Assembly: GCF_006345805.1 (NCBI RefSeq)
Contig: NC_043026.1
Span: forward strand, 1,178,001-1,242,000
Source: Octopus sinensis
Taxonomy: Eukaryota
Length of the DNA: 64,000 bases
Direction: 5' to 3'
Shown: in pieces, positions 25,116-37,435 of the stretch
How the letters are laid out: each line of letters begins with the position of its first letter
Position numbering within the stretch: position 1 is the first letter of the stretch
Position numbers and translations under genes: made by a program
The notes under the pieces: generated by a model
What the model was told of the DNA's origin: nothing
Database searches by the model: none
What the model saw: only the letters and a program-made list of their open reading frames with translations

Positions 25116-25329
25116 ATCCTCTTCAGAGTGTTTCACCATGCACACACACATTGCGTATATATAATCGCTTTCCAAGCAACGACGAAAGCAATCTCACACG
25201 CTAGCTGTTTACGTAACAGTAACAGGATATTGTCTCAGTTTTTAGATGCAACAAATGATTTCATCTCAAATACAGGCGATTCATTGGTTAAAATTCGAAG
25301 AAATAATCTACGTTAAACTTACAAATTAC

Positions 25330-25880
25330 AACCAATAACTAGTAAAGAGATATAAGTCAACTTACTGTTAACATAAATACTCTAGTAAGGTAACATTGCG
25401 AATTGCAATTTTTGCACATGCATAAATTCATAATTTGTCGATTCCATGCCAACCACTGAAGAATCTTGTCTCATGATTCGACTAATTGGGTGATATTCCA
25501 AGATTCCTCCACGATTGATTTACGGTTGAGGATTTTAATTTCAGTAACAATGAATTGCAGTCACACTGGTTTTCCACATGCCATTCTGATCAATTCCAAA
25601 GTAAATGAACAGGTCACGGTCTAAAAGTGACGAAAATATTTTGGCAAATTAAACTTAAATGTTGAAGTGAATCTAGCAGTTTTTGTGTGTTTCTTAAATG
25701 GCTTATAAACACCTTCCAAGCTGCAATTGTTTTCATTCAGATCAGATCACTTCCTATGCAAGTACATCTCCATAAAATCTATGTTGTTTAACAGTAAGTT
25801 GGCTTATTTATGTCCCTCTACTAGTTATCTCCCCCTTAATTTTTATTTACTTTTTCAATATCCCTAAACTCAACAATTAT
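25330..25880. repeat. Interspersed repeat related to 33489-33838, with a nested piece related to 28500-28640
   Basis: taattgggtgatattcca...cagtaacaatgaattgc and the arm tactagttatctccccc...caattat are shared. Confidence 0.55.
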
Positions 25881-26087
25881 CCACATTTTTTTATACATAT
25901 TACACTTTTTTTTAGTTTTGGTGGCCGGATGTTAAGGTAAACATTAACCTATGAGTTTCTTATTTTGAGAAATATTTAATTTGTAATTTGCTGTTTACCT
26001 TTCTTTTTGTCATTGAGGTGGTTGAGGTGTGCTAAAAATAACAGCTACATAACAGCTAAATAGGCCTCAAATCATGCACAGCCCCAT

Positions 26088-26275
26088 TTTTTTGCCATAA
26101 TTGTATGAGTTCCCAAGTGTAGAAATACATATTTGAAAAATTTTCTGAAAATTTCAAAAAATAAAAAAGTTATGAGGGGTTATAAGTCATGCATAACTCA
26201 TTTTTAAAAAATACTTGTTTCAGTCATTTGGCTGTGGCACACAACATATACACACACATACACACACACAAACAT
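26088..26275. repeat. Inverted copy of 27502-27684
   Basis: About 185 bp, differing by one substitution and one 4-bp indel by eye. Confidence 0.9.
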
Positions 26276-26280
26276 ACATA

Positions 26281-26553
26281 TATATATATATCATTCAACC
26301 ACTACCGTGGTTGAATATATTTTGAAGTCCACTATTTCGTCAATTGCAGCAGCTTCTAAGCTACACCACTAATTCAGTTCTCAACTAAATTTCAAACTGT
26401 TAGTAGTTTTAAAACTACACTTTAAAACTACTAACAGTTTGAAATTTAGTTGAGAACTGAATTAGTGGTGTAGCTTAGAAGCTGCTGCAATTGACGAAAT
26501 AGTGGACTTCAAAATATATTCAACCACGGTAGTGGTTGAATGATATATATATA
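26281..26553. repeat. Perfect palindrome, 133-bp arms with 7-bp spacer
   Basis: 26281-26413 is the exact reverse complement of 26421-26553; spacer actacac. Confidence 0.95.
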
Positions 26554-26571
26554 TCATTGAAACAGTGATAT

Positions 26572-27503
26572 AGCAGTGAAACATGGGCCGTGACTGCTGA
26601 GGATATGCGTAAGCTCGCAAGAAATGAAGCCAGTATGCTCCGATGGATGTGTAATGTCAGTACTCATACTCGGCAGAGTGTAAGTACCTTGAGAGAGAAG
26701 TTGGACCTAAGAAGCATCAGTTGTGGTGTGCAAGAGAGACGTTTGCGCTGGTATGGTCATGTGGCGAGAATGGATGTAGATAGTTGTGTGAAAAAGTGCC
26801 ACACCCTAGCGGTTGAGGGAACCTGCAGAAGAGGCAGACCCAGGAAAACCTGGGACGAGGTAGTGAAGCACGACCTTCGAACTTTAGGTCTCACTGAGGA
26901 AATGACTAGAGACCGAGACCTCTGGAAGTGTGCTGTGCGCGAGAAGACCCGGCAGGACAAGTGAGTCCATAACCCGTGGCCTTCTACATGGGATGGAGCC
27001 AGCCTACGTATGCATACCTTCCCTTCTTGGGACACAAAACTCTACTTGTGAAGACCTGTTGAGGCAAGTGAGGATCAGAATCGAAATTGATCAATGGAAA
27101 TTGCAGATGTGTTACCAGTGCCGGTGGCATGTAAGAGAACCATCCGTTTCGCGACCGTTGCCAGTGCCGCCCCGACTGGCCTCGTGCTGGTGGCACGTAA
27201 AAAGCACCATCCGTTCGTGTCTGTTGCCAGCCTCGCCTGGCTCCGTGCCGGTGGCACATAAAAAGCACCATCCGTTCGTGGCCGTTTGCCAGCTCTGTCT
27301 GGCACCTGTGCGGGTGGCACGTAAAAAGCACCCACTACACTCACGGAGTGGTTGGCGTTAGGAAGGGCATCCAGCTGTAGAAACTCTGCCAGATCTGACT
27401 GGGCCTGATGAATAGCCTTCTGGCTTCACAGACCCCAGCTGAACCGTCCAACCCATGCTAGCATGGAAAACGGATGCTAAACGATGATGATGATGATGAT
27501 GAT
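26572..27503 (+). mobile_element. RTE LINE, 5'-truncated
   Basis: ORF 26590-26964 (RLRWYGHVARM, RGRPRKTW); 3'UTR; (GAT)n tail. Confidence 0.93.
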
Positions 27504-27994
27504 GTTTGTGTGTGTGTATGTGTGTGTATATGTTGTGTGCCACAGCCAAATGACTGAAACAAGTATTTTTTAAAAATGAGTTATGCATGACTTATAACCC
27601 CTCATAACTTTTTATTTTTTGAAATTTTCAGGAAATTTTTCAAATATGTATTTCTACACTTGGGAACTCAATTATGGCAAAAAACTTTGGTGTAAATAGT
27701 TTGAGATTTGGTTCAGTAGAAGAAAAGTTACATCAAAATATGTCAGGCCTGAAGGTGGGCAGTAAGGCAGGTATTCATCTTCAATTAACATAAATTATTT
27801 TAATTTTAAAATAAAAGTATACTTTTCTTAGGCTTAAATGATAGAAAAATGCACGAGGAATTCAGAATTGTTAGTCACATTGAACACAAATTAGTAGAAC
27901 AAGAGTTATGAGGTAAAATGCCATGAAATCTGAAGTAAGGGAGTAACACCCCAAGCAATAAGAATATATTTCCAAATTAAATGTTTCCATTTTG

Positions 27995-28130
27995 AGGTGG
28001 TGAGCTGGCAGAAATGTTAGGTGTGCCAGGCAAAATGCTGAGACGTATTTCGTCTGTCTTTGTCTTCTGAGTTCAAATTTTGCCGAGGTCGATTTTGCTT
28101 TTTATCCATTTCGGATTTATTCAATTTGAT
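27995..28130 (+). mobile_element. tRNA-SINE family B, 5' part
   Basis: ggtggtgagctggcagaa head and tctgagttcaaat B-box. Confidence 0.7.
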
Positions 28131-28681
28131 GTACAGATTATTTAATTAATTTTTTTAAACTAAGCACTTTGAAACTTCCGATACTCGTAGAATGTGTCAC
28201 ATAGAACAGGGTTTACTCTTAATATTTTTGACAAAATTTTGTATTTTAGAAGTTATTTCATCAGAAGTTACAGAGCAACGATGGACAAATTCATGTTTGA
28301 TAAGTGCTAATACACGAAACACTCAGCTATTGACTTACTCTCTAACTTCTGCCAATGATATATATACATATTACATATATGTGTAAAATAATTTCATCAC
28401 ACAATTGAACCAATGAAAGAGCCTCTACCTGGTCATTCGACACACTAAAAATACCAGCCAAAGTATCCCTCTACCTAAATCATAAGTAATAGTCTTAAGA
28501 TTACAATTGCAGCGTGGAAGGTGTTTGTAAGCCATTTAAGAAACACACAAAAACCGTTCGATTCACTTCAACATTTAAGTTTAATTTGTCAAAATATTTT
28601 CGTCGCTAAAATCCGTGACCTGTTCACTGACAAAAATCCGTGCTGCATCCTGGAAAACCTGGAAAAGCACAGGGCAATTTA

Positions 28682-29046
28682 TTACACCAGTAAACGTATA
28701 GGACAAGCAATTACTTCTAGTAAAGTAAAGAATAAGAAACTTTTTACTTAAAATATCGCAGCTAAAATTAAAATTTGAATATTGAAACTTATTATTGTTT
28801 ACAAATAACACTATACTTAAAGTAGAATTTGGCTAATTTACTACCTTAAATACAGAAAAAAGTGACTAATTTGACAAACTTACAAATTAGCTGAACAGTT
28901 TTGTACAATAAATTTAAAAGGTGAGAACTTTAAAGAGTAATAAATGAGAAAAACTGGCATTCTTTGCTGCAATATTTTAAATAAAAAGTTTCTTATTCTT
29001 TACTTTATTAGAAGTAATAGCTTGTCCTATACTTTTACAGGTGTAA
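28682..29046. mobile_element. MITE with about 85-bp TIRs, probable TA TSD (Tc1/mariner-type)
   Basis: TA|TTACACC...GGTGTAA|TA; arms 28680-28765 and 28962-29048 are inverted. Confidence 0.55.
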
Positions 29047-29130
29047 TAACCTATCCTGTACTTTTTTAGGTTTATAATCTTAAGAATATTACTTTTCATG
29101 CTCGCATTTTTCTATGTAATATATATATAT

Positions 29131-29272
29131 GATGGGTTTCTTTCAAATCCACTCACCAAATCCGTCTCATTCAAATCCACTCACAAAGCTCAAGGCTATA
29201 GTAGAAGACACTTGCACAAGGTGTCATGCAGTGGGACTGAACCTGGAACCATGTGGCTGGTAAGCAAGCTAC
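29131..29272 (-). mobile_element. SINE family A, 5' half
   Basis: Matches 5590-5720 in reverse. Confidence 0.8.
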
Positions 29273-31275
29273 TTTATTCCATTTAATTGGCTATAAAAGC
29301 TGTACATAGAGGAAGTAGCTGCTGGCTGGACAAGGACACGATGATGATGGAATGAAAGAAATGGTTGGTGGGAGAAGCAAACAACACCTGCCAACTGTTG
29401 CATTCGAGAAAACATTCTTCTCTCTCTTTTTTTTTAAAAAAACAAAACAAAACAAAATGAGGTATTAAACCTCTTACCTCAGTTCAATAATAATTGATGC
29501 AATCGTCTTTATAAATTGAGGTGCCAAAGAATACAAACAATATAGACAATGAAAATTGAGGCATTAAGGCCTCTTATCCTTTCTCTCCAATTAAGCCAGA
29601 TGTCTCCTGCAGGCAATCCTGTAGTTCCAGGTCGGTGCCCCAAAAGACAAACCTATACTGGTCCTTCGGACAGGAGTCCATCACCCTGAACATTTCAGCA
29701 TCTGTTAGGACCTCCACAGTTACCTGCAGAAGCTAATCTGGGTCTTCAGTCCAGGGCAGAGTCCTCTCCCTCTGGCCATCTAGCTTCTTTACGAAGCTCT
29801 GTATCGCCCCTCCCTTATGAAAGAAGATCACAAAATCATCCATCATTGCACAATTCCCACCAACGAGGTTTCAGGACATACTGGCAGTGTACTACCGGCA
29901 ATGTCCCATTCTTTGTTTTTTTCTTTTTTTCCCTCCCTTGTGCTACAGGAGGGTGTGGTATCTCTGCTTTATTCGGAGGATCTTCCCTTCCTCCCACAGC
30001 TTTAGGGTTCTTTGGTGGGCAACCATTGTTGCCCACCTTCTCTCTTTTTTTCCTTTTTTCAAGGAGGTCTCCACCTCCTTGACTGCCTCCATTTCTCCCT
30101 CCAATTGAGGAGCGGGGGGGGGGGTTAGTTTATTAACTGCTCCAGGACCTTACTTTGGTGCTGGGGACAGTTCTTAATATGGCCTGGTTCCAGGTACAAG
30201 TGACACTTGGGGAGGAGGGTGTCCCTCAAGTATCTCTGGGTACCTGCAACCGGCCACTTTCAAAAAATCTGGGAATACCAGATCTTTAGCAGTCGATTGG
30301 GTCCATAGGGTCAAAACCGCTTTTGACCCCACCCAATCGGCGGCTGGCAACAATTTCACATTTAGCAGCTTGGATCCGCTGCCATCCAGACCTCGACAAA
30401 TAGTATCCTCTATCCATTCTGGTTCAATGCCCGGGAGCAGCCTACAGACCCAAGCTCTTGTTAATTTCTTCCCACAGTATGTGGGGAGAAACAAAATCTT
30501 TTGCCTTTCTAAGGGCTGGCTCACAAATTTGTGAGCTACCTCAGGAGTGTCAAATAGCAACCACACCATTGCATACCTAACACCCCTGGAAATAAACTTA
30601 ATAGTTGGCAGATATTCTGCCAACTCTTTTTCAATTTCAGTCTTGGGAAAGACCATGATGATGCCGAGTGACTTAAAATAAGTCCTCAACACTACCATTT
30701 TCTCATTTAAGTTTTTTAACCATTGCTTGGGTGGGGTAATGTCCCACTCCAATGCAATGTTCTCCTTCTTTGCCATTCTTGAAGAAAAAAGTCCAATAAA
30801 CAGTTCAAAACAAAAAGTCTAAACAAAGTCCAAAAAAATAGTTTGAAGGAAGACAAAGAGCAGAAAGACAGAGCAGAGGAAAAGAAAGAAGGAAGACCGT
30901 TCAAAACATGGTAATCCTGGCCAACAGGTGCTCCAAAACAAAGGTACTCCAGGGTTACAGCAGTAGGAACATAAAAAAAATCCGCCACAAATTGGTAGAA
31001 TTTTCCAAAATATTTCACAATTTTTTGGAGGCAAGTTTGCCTCCAAAACAACAATTCTCACAATTAAGTGAGACAGCGCAATTATAGGCAGACAAATGCC
31101 TCGGACCTCAGTAGGGATTTCTTGTTTGCAAAAAAATGTACAACAAACAACAAACCCCTGCCGAATCCCCCAAAACAAATGTTTTACCTTATAGTTGCGC
31201 CTTCAAATTTCTTCACTTCAAGAGTGCTGCAAAGCAATGTCTTGACAGTATTCAGTGCAGCAGTAACCAACTAAC
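29273..31275 (-). mobile_element. ORF1-only (HAL1-like) non-LTR element, apparently full length but with a disrupted ORF
   Basis: ORF 30174-30776 continues after a frameshift into a degenerate CCHC knuckle (KCHLYLEPGHIKNC), a K/P-rich linker and a C-terminal domain; stop near 29573, 3'UTR and AATAAA at 29273-29278; no ORF2; homologous to 53600-54315. Confidence 0.6.
29573..30776 (-). pseudogene. gag/ORF1-like protein (putative RRM region plus zinc knuckle), frameshifted
   Basis: MAKKENIALEWDITPP...LLFDTPEVA...ILEGHPP then C-x2-(C>Y)-x4-H-x3-C; family assignment is by motif resemblance only. Confidence 0.55.
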
Positions 31276-32198
31276 GCATGCGCAGTAAGCAAGCTACTTA
31301 CTACATAGCCATTCATATAAAAACACACTTGCTATTTTCAGGATGTTGACAAAACAAAATGACGGTTTCTTGACTGGGGGAAAATTACCAAATTTAAACC
31401 TCTATAAAAAACATTTTTCTGGAAAAAGTGAAATATTTCCAGCAATTTAACTTGGAAAACTACACTAACATAATTAATTAAAAAATTTTCAATAAACTTT
31501 GATTTTTGAAATCATAGTAGTCAAACAGAAAAGATCCAAATGTTGCCTATAGTTTTTAATTGCACATAGGGTCAGTAAAGAAGGCAAGGAAATAGTACCA
31601 GTCGACAGTTTAATAGTTCAAGTAGGATGAGAAGAATGAAGCTGGCGTGCCCTCACATGTGTGTTTATTTGGGGAAGCTGCTTGCCAGACTGACATGTAG
31701 CATGTGGAAATAAAAAAAGAGGAAATTCTGAGCCCGATGGTCTTTAGGGTTCCAATTTATACTTATGGGAAAAACAGAAAGTATGTTCGAGAACAAAGGA
31801 ATGTGTATGTCTTTTCTATCATAATCTCCAAATGATCGTAACTCAAACAAAAGAACTGCGATAAGTTGGACAGCGAAAACAAAGAAAAGGATCTTGTAGG
31901 AAAATCTCTAAGATTTCGATTCTTGGCTATGAATCCAAGAAATGATGGTGTTCCTTTGTTTTGACTCGACAAAATCAAAACAAAACTTTGGTTGTTTCCA
32001 TGACACACAGACAAGAACAAGCAAGCACACACAACCTGTTAGCTTTCTCCTCCTCCTCCCATTTTAGCAGCTTTCATGAAGATATCTGAAGTGAATTGTT
32101 GAGTTGTCACAGAAACAACCGAGGTTTTGTCGATTCAAAATGAAGGAACGCCCTTTTTGTTTATTTATGTGGGATGTTTTCCCTTTGACTGCCTTATA

Positions 32199-32628
32199 GG
32201 ATCTTTTCCTATAAGCAAATTTCATATGACACCAATAGAAAAAACTGCCGTTTTTTCTAGTGGTGTCATGAAATTGCCACCCATAATTATGACCCTAGAA
32301 TCGATCTATTGCATTTCAATCTATTTTAGATTTAGGGTTAGGGTATCTTTTTTTCTTCACAAATGTAAATAAACACAATCTGTTTCTTAAACGAGGGACA
32401 TATTCATATGGCACAGAATGCTTTTTAACTCAATAGACGCCAGTGATTGGTTGAAATTGCAGAAATTGAAGGAAAAAAACAGCAAATATTTTACAAACTA
32501 TAGAATTTTCTCAATAAAGCAAAGAGAAAAAGATGTTTTATAAACACATTCTACCAGTATATGAAGTTTAACATTTTTTAGTTACCTAGAAATTATGTTA
32601 AAAACTGCCGTTCAAACCGAAAAGATCC
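32199..32628. mobile_element. Non-autonomous element with short inverted ends GGATCTTTTC and an internal TTAGGGTTAGGG (possibly Helentron-associated)
   Basis: ggatcttttc at 32199 and its reverse complement at 32619-32628; body belongs to the 22595-22845 family. Confidence 0.35.
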
Positions 32629-33488
32629 TGATATTTGCATCATTATATAATATAAATTTATAGACATGTCACGTGGGTTTATTTACATTTCTGAAGAAAA
32701 AAGATACCCCTACCCCTAACCCGACATATAAAAAAAAATAATTTTACGGAAAGTGACGATCTTCTTCTTCAAGTGTAAACAAATACACATGAGGTAAATG
32801 GGACTCATATCGAAAGAATGCCGATATGTATAATATAAATAATAGATTTGTATGTAATACATGTATGTATATATATATACATAATATCATACAGTGTAGT
32901 TATTGTATGAATAGATAAATAATTTTTATGATGTATATAAATTCAATTTATATTATGTTGGATGCATGAAATGTTATATGTAATACTGGTTCATTCATTT
33001 ATTAATTATCGCTTCTCATCATTAATACCCTTTATTCATTAAGTTATTCATATATTAAAATGTATTTATGCATCACTATACGCTTACAAATTTCAACACC
33101 CAAACCTTGTCCCCTTTTCCTTGTTTCTTTCTTGTAAACACAAGACACTCACCCAGACACCGCCGGATGTTGTTGTTGAACTTGTTGGCAAACAACAGCA
33201 GTAATTGTATTCACCTCAATAGACGTCATTGATTGGTTGAAATTGCCGAAATACGAGAAATTAAACAAGAAATAGCTTACAAACAACAGAATTTTCTCAA
33301 GAACGCCAAGAGAAAAAGATGTTTTATGTGACACATTCTACCAGTATACGAAGTTTAAAAGTGTTTAGTTAGAAAGAAATTATTTTAAAAATCTGCCGGT
33401 CAAAGTGAAAAGATCTTTTATTTGTTACCGGTTCTACCCTTAATATTACTACTGTGCTGTTGCCGCTGAATACATAATAAACCGAAAG

Positions 33489-33838
33489 TAATTGTTCAGT
33501 TTAGGGATACTAAAAAAGTAAATAAAAATTAGGGGGAGATAACTAGTAAACGTACAAGTCAACATAAATATTGGATATTTACTTTGGAATCGATCAGAAT
33601 AGTAAGTAGAAAACCAGCGAGACCGCAATTCATTGTTACTGAAAATGAAATCCTTAACTGTGAATCCATTGTGGAGGAATTTTGGAATATCACCCAATTA
33701 GCAGAATCACGAGGCAAGATGCGAAAATTGTTATTTGCTATGTGACAGTATTTGAGCTCGATTTATTTTATATGCCTTTACTAGTTATCTCCCCCTTAAT
33801 TTTTACTTACTTTTTAATATCCCTAAACTGAACAATTA
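33489..33838. mobile_element. MITE-like element with about 62-bp inverted arms
   Basis: 33489-33550 is inverted relative to 33777-33838; related copy at 25330-25880. Confidence 0.55.
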
Positions 33839-34634
33839 TCTCGATCAATTCTTCAACAAATATATATCAACGACAGAGGTAGTATTACCGAGAGGTAATA
33901 TTTATCCCCACTTAAATGTCGATGCTTTGTTAGAACAAATTATACTTTAGGGGATAATTTAATATTTCTCACGGAAATACTAAACAACGGCTACAAAATC
34001 AGCAAATACACCGTTACTATGTAAACTTGTAATACTTTCTCAATACAAATACTTGTCTCAACAATGAGTTTGTCTTTAAGGTCAGTTATACTCTATTTTT
34101 GTCTTTAAACCTTTCGTGACTGTATTTCTTATGTAATACTAGATGCTTACGTGTTTTATTTACTTCATAAGATAATCAAGAATTTGGAAGGATTTTAAAA
34201 AAATGTAAGGTAATAGACGGAAGGTGTCAATCATTTCTGTGGTGAGGGACATCGAAATTTCTTTATCTTTTCTACTTCTCGGTTTTGAGCTTTCTTTGCT
34301 GTAACTTCCTTTCGTGTGTTTCGTTTAGTTTGATAATAATAATTGCGCATATCTTATCAAGATACGGGTGTTGCCAGCTCTCAAGGACTTTGTCCGTCTT
34401 GACAGCCGCTGTGGCTAATGAAAGAAAACATTATCATTTTCAAATCTGGTGGATATACACACTTCATCCTCTCTGGGCAAGCTCAATAGGGCGAATGTTT
34501 CGTTTGCCGAACATGAGCAGTTTGGTCTGAATAAAGTTATACATACATATTAATATAGTTTTTATATCGAGTTTAACATTAAACTGATGAATTCCTCAAT
34601 ACTCTTCGTGGAGTACACATACTATACAATATGG

Positions 34635-34804
34635 CAGTGTTTTTCAAACATTTTTGTCGCGATCCATTTTATTTATCTCGTGTCCTACTGAAGGGTCGCG
34701 ACCCACAGTTTGAAAAACGTTGGTTTATATTCTGCACTTTGCACACACTTGCGTTGTCTTTCTTTCCTTCTTTTTTGTCGCAGCCCACAGTTTGAAAAGC
34801 GCTG
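34635..34804. mobile_element. hAT/Charlie-type MITE with a duplicated right end
   Basis: TIR CAGTGTTTTTCAAAC versus GTTTGAAAAACGTTG (ends 34722) and GTTTGAAAAGCGCTG (ends 34804); imperfect 8-bp TSD caatatgg/ccctatgg. Confidence 0.55.
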
Positions 34805-35235
34805 CCCTATGGTATGGTCACACACGAATGCCCTCGACATGATAAGAACCCAAATGTACTACAGTTTAATAAGGCTAACCGGCTTAAACTTCAAAGTCAC
34901 TGTCGTCCGTCTAGTATAAGATATACATATATATATATATCGTTTGGTTTTTGACCCAAGTAAAAAAAATGAAAATAAAATAGTGTAATGGATGCTAAAC
35001 CACGTTATAAACGAATATGCAAAATAAAAAAAAAATGTTTTACAGGATATTTTCCTTTTGAACGGCACATGTCAACACAATTTCTAGTTAACTAAACACT
35101 TTAAAACTTCGTATACTGGTAGAATGTGTCAAAATAAAACATTTTTTTCTCTTGGTTTTCTTGATAAAATTGTAATTCGTTTGTTTAACGTAGTTTAATT
35201 TTTCGAATTTTAACCAATGAATCGCCTCTAATTCA

Positions 35236-35600
35236 TCCGTTCACCCTACTCCTCTTCCCTTCTTCCCTCTTTCTCCCTCCCTCCGTCTTCCCCTTCCCTC
35301 TTTCTCTCTGGTCCCTCACTCCCCTTCTCTCTCTCTCCCCCTCTCTCCTCCCTCCCCCTCTCTCCTCCTCTCCCCTCCTCTCCTTCCTTCTCCCCTTCTC
35401 TCCCCTCCTCTCCTTCCTTCTCCCCCTTCCCCCTCCTCTTCTCCTCTCCTTCCTTCTCCCCTTCTCTCCCCTCCTCTTCTCCTCTCCTTCCTTCTCCCCC
35501 TTCCCCCTCCTCTTCTCCCCTTCTTTCTCCCCCCTCACTCTCACCCCCTCGCCCCTACCTCCCCCTTACCTCCACCCCTCTTCCCTCATCTCCTCTCTCT
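35236..35600. repeat. Polypyrimidine/polypurine (CT-rich) tract with internal tandem units
   Basis: About 360 bp almost entirely C/T on the + strand. Confidence 0.9.
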
Positions 35601-36005
35601 ACACTACACCATACGACTTTACACATCACATCATATATACATACACACGTCCAGACCTCTCATACGCACTAATACTCTCTCATACACACACACACACTCT
35701 TATGTTGGAGCGAGGTCATTTAACCCTATTATCTCCCCTAATTTCGCTCTTGTGTCTCACGTTTGATCTTTGACTTCTGGCCGAAATCAGATCGCCATGT
35801 TGATTCGCTAGCCTCTGCACGCATTTTTCTCTCTCCTTCTTTCTGTGTTTCTTCTCTGTGTATCTTTCTGTTGAAGACTTGTTTTATTTATATTTCCTGA
35901 GCGCCATACTAATACAATTGTTTGTTTGTATTCCACCTGCCTTCGTCTTTTGTTTATTTCCGTAAACCTGCCTTCGTCTTTTGTCTATTTTCATAAAGCT
36001 TCCCG

Positions 36006-36245
36006 TTATATATATATATATGTATATATATATGTATATATGTGTATATATATATGTATATATATATATGTATATATATGTTATATATATATATATATGT
36101 ATGTATATATATATATGTATATATGTATATATATATGTATATATGTATATATATATATATATGTATATATATATGTATATTATATGTATATATATAATAT
36201 ATATATATATGTATATATATATATGTGTATATATATGTGTATATG

Positions 36246-36280
<35 letters not shown>

Positions 36281-36645
36281 GTATATATATATGTGTATAT
36301 GTATATATATATGTGTATATGTATATATATGTGTATATGTATAATATATGTGTATATGTATATATATATATATGTGTATATGTATATATATATATATATG
36401 TATATATATATGTTATATATATATATGTATATATATATATGTATATGTGTATATGTATATATATATATGTATATATATATATGTATATATATATATGTAT
36501 ATATATATGTATATATGTATATATGTATATATATATGTATATATGTATATGTATATATGTATATGTATATGTATATATGTATATGTATATATGTATATAT
36601 GTATATATATATATATATATGTATATGTAAATATATATATATATA
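36006..36645. repeat. (TA)nTG compound microsatellite
   Basis: Direct reading. Confidence 0.95.
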
Positions 36646-37277
36646 AATTTATAAATGAGGATAATATCGATATTTAAATATCGATATTATCAAGTGGCCA
36701 GCATGGGAAAAAATACCGTACAAAGGTAATAATTTTTTACAATTAAAAATGAGGGTGTCTGAGAGACACCACCATGCCGAAATAGCAGTCGAAACTCTGA
36801 CTATAAAATCCACGTTAAATGTTCATATCGTACCATGAGATAAGACAGAGGGACAAAATAGACAAGCAAAAGTTATTGAATAATTCAAGATCCAGGATTT
36901 CTGGTTTTGCTTTAAATAAGCTTTACCGTCATCGGTTGAATATATCAAGAGTACATAAATACAGATATATATATGCAGAACAAACGATATACTTACATAT
37001 ACGAACGTCCATACATACATACATATGTACGTATGCACACGGCCAGTTAAATTGCCCGCCAAAACACCCCATAGGCACGATATGGTTAAAATAAACACCG
37101 CAGTGAATATAATAACGAATTATATAAATTTATAAATGAGGATAATATCGATATTATCAAGTGGCCAGCATGGGAAAAAATACCGTACGATATGAACATT
37201 TAACGTGGTTTTTATAGTTAGAGTTTCAACTGCTATTTCGGCATGGTGGTGTCTCACAGACACCCTCATTTTTAATT
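36641..37277. repeat. Unclassified repeat with direct and inverted internal duplications (X-Y-spacer-X-invY)
   Basis: 36641-36721 is repeated at 37123-37188; 36741-36832 is inverted at 37184-37277. Confidence 0.75.
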
Positions 37278-37435
37278 ATATATATATATATATATATACA
37301 CACACATTCACATGTACACACATAAAACACACATATATGTATGTATATATATAGTATATATATATATATATAATATATATATATGTATATATATATATTA
37401 TATATATATATGTTATATATATGTATATATGTATA

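Noticed and set aside
22595-25330. Inverted repeats enclosing the Tx1 element, as a possible composite transposon
   Set aside because: The repeat family has at least 6 copies in both orientations in the window; the outer ends do not match and no TSD is seen
34230-34430. Acceptor-preceded short minus-strand frame (TAAVKTDKVLESWQHPYLDK...)
   Set aside because: No recognisable family, ends in a stop after about 46 codons; insufficient evidence
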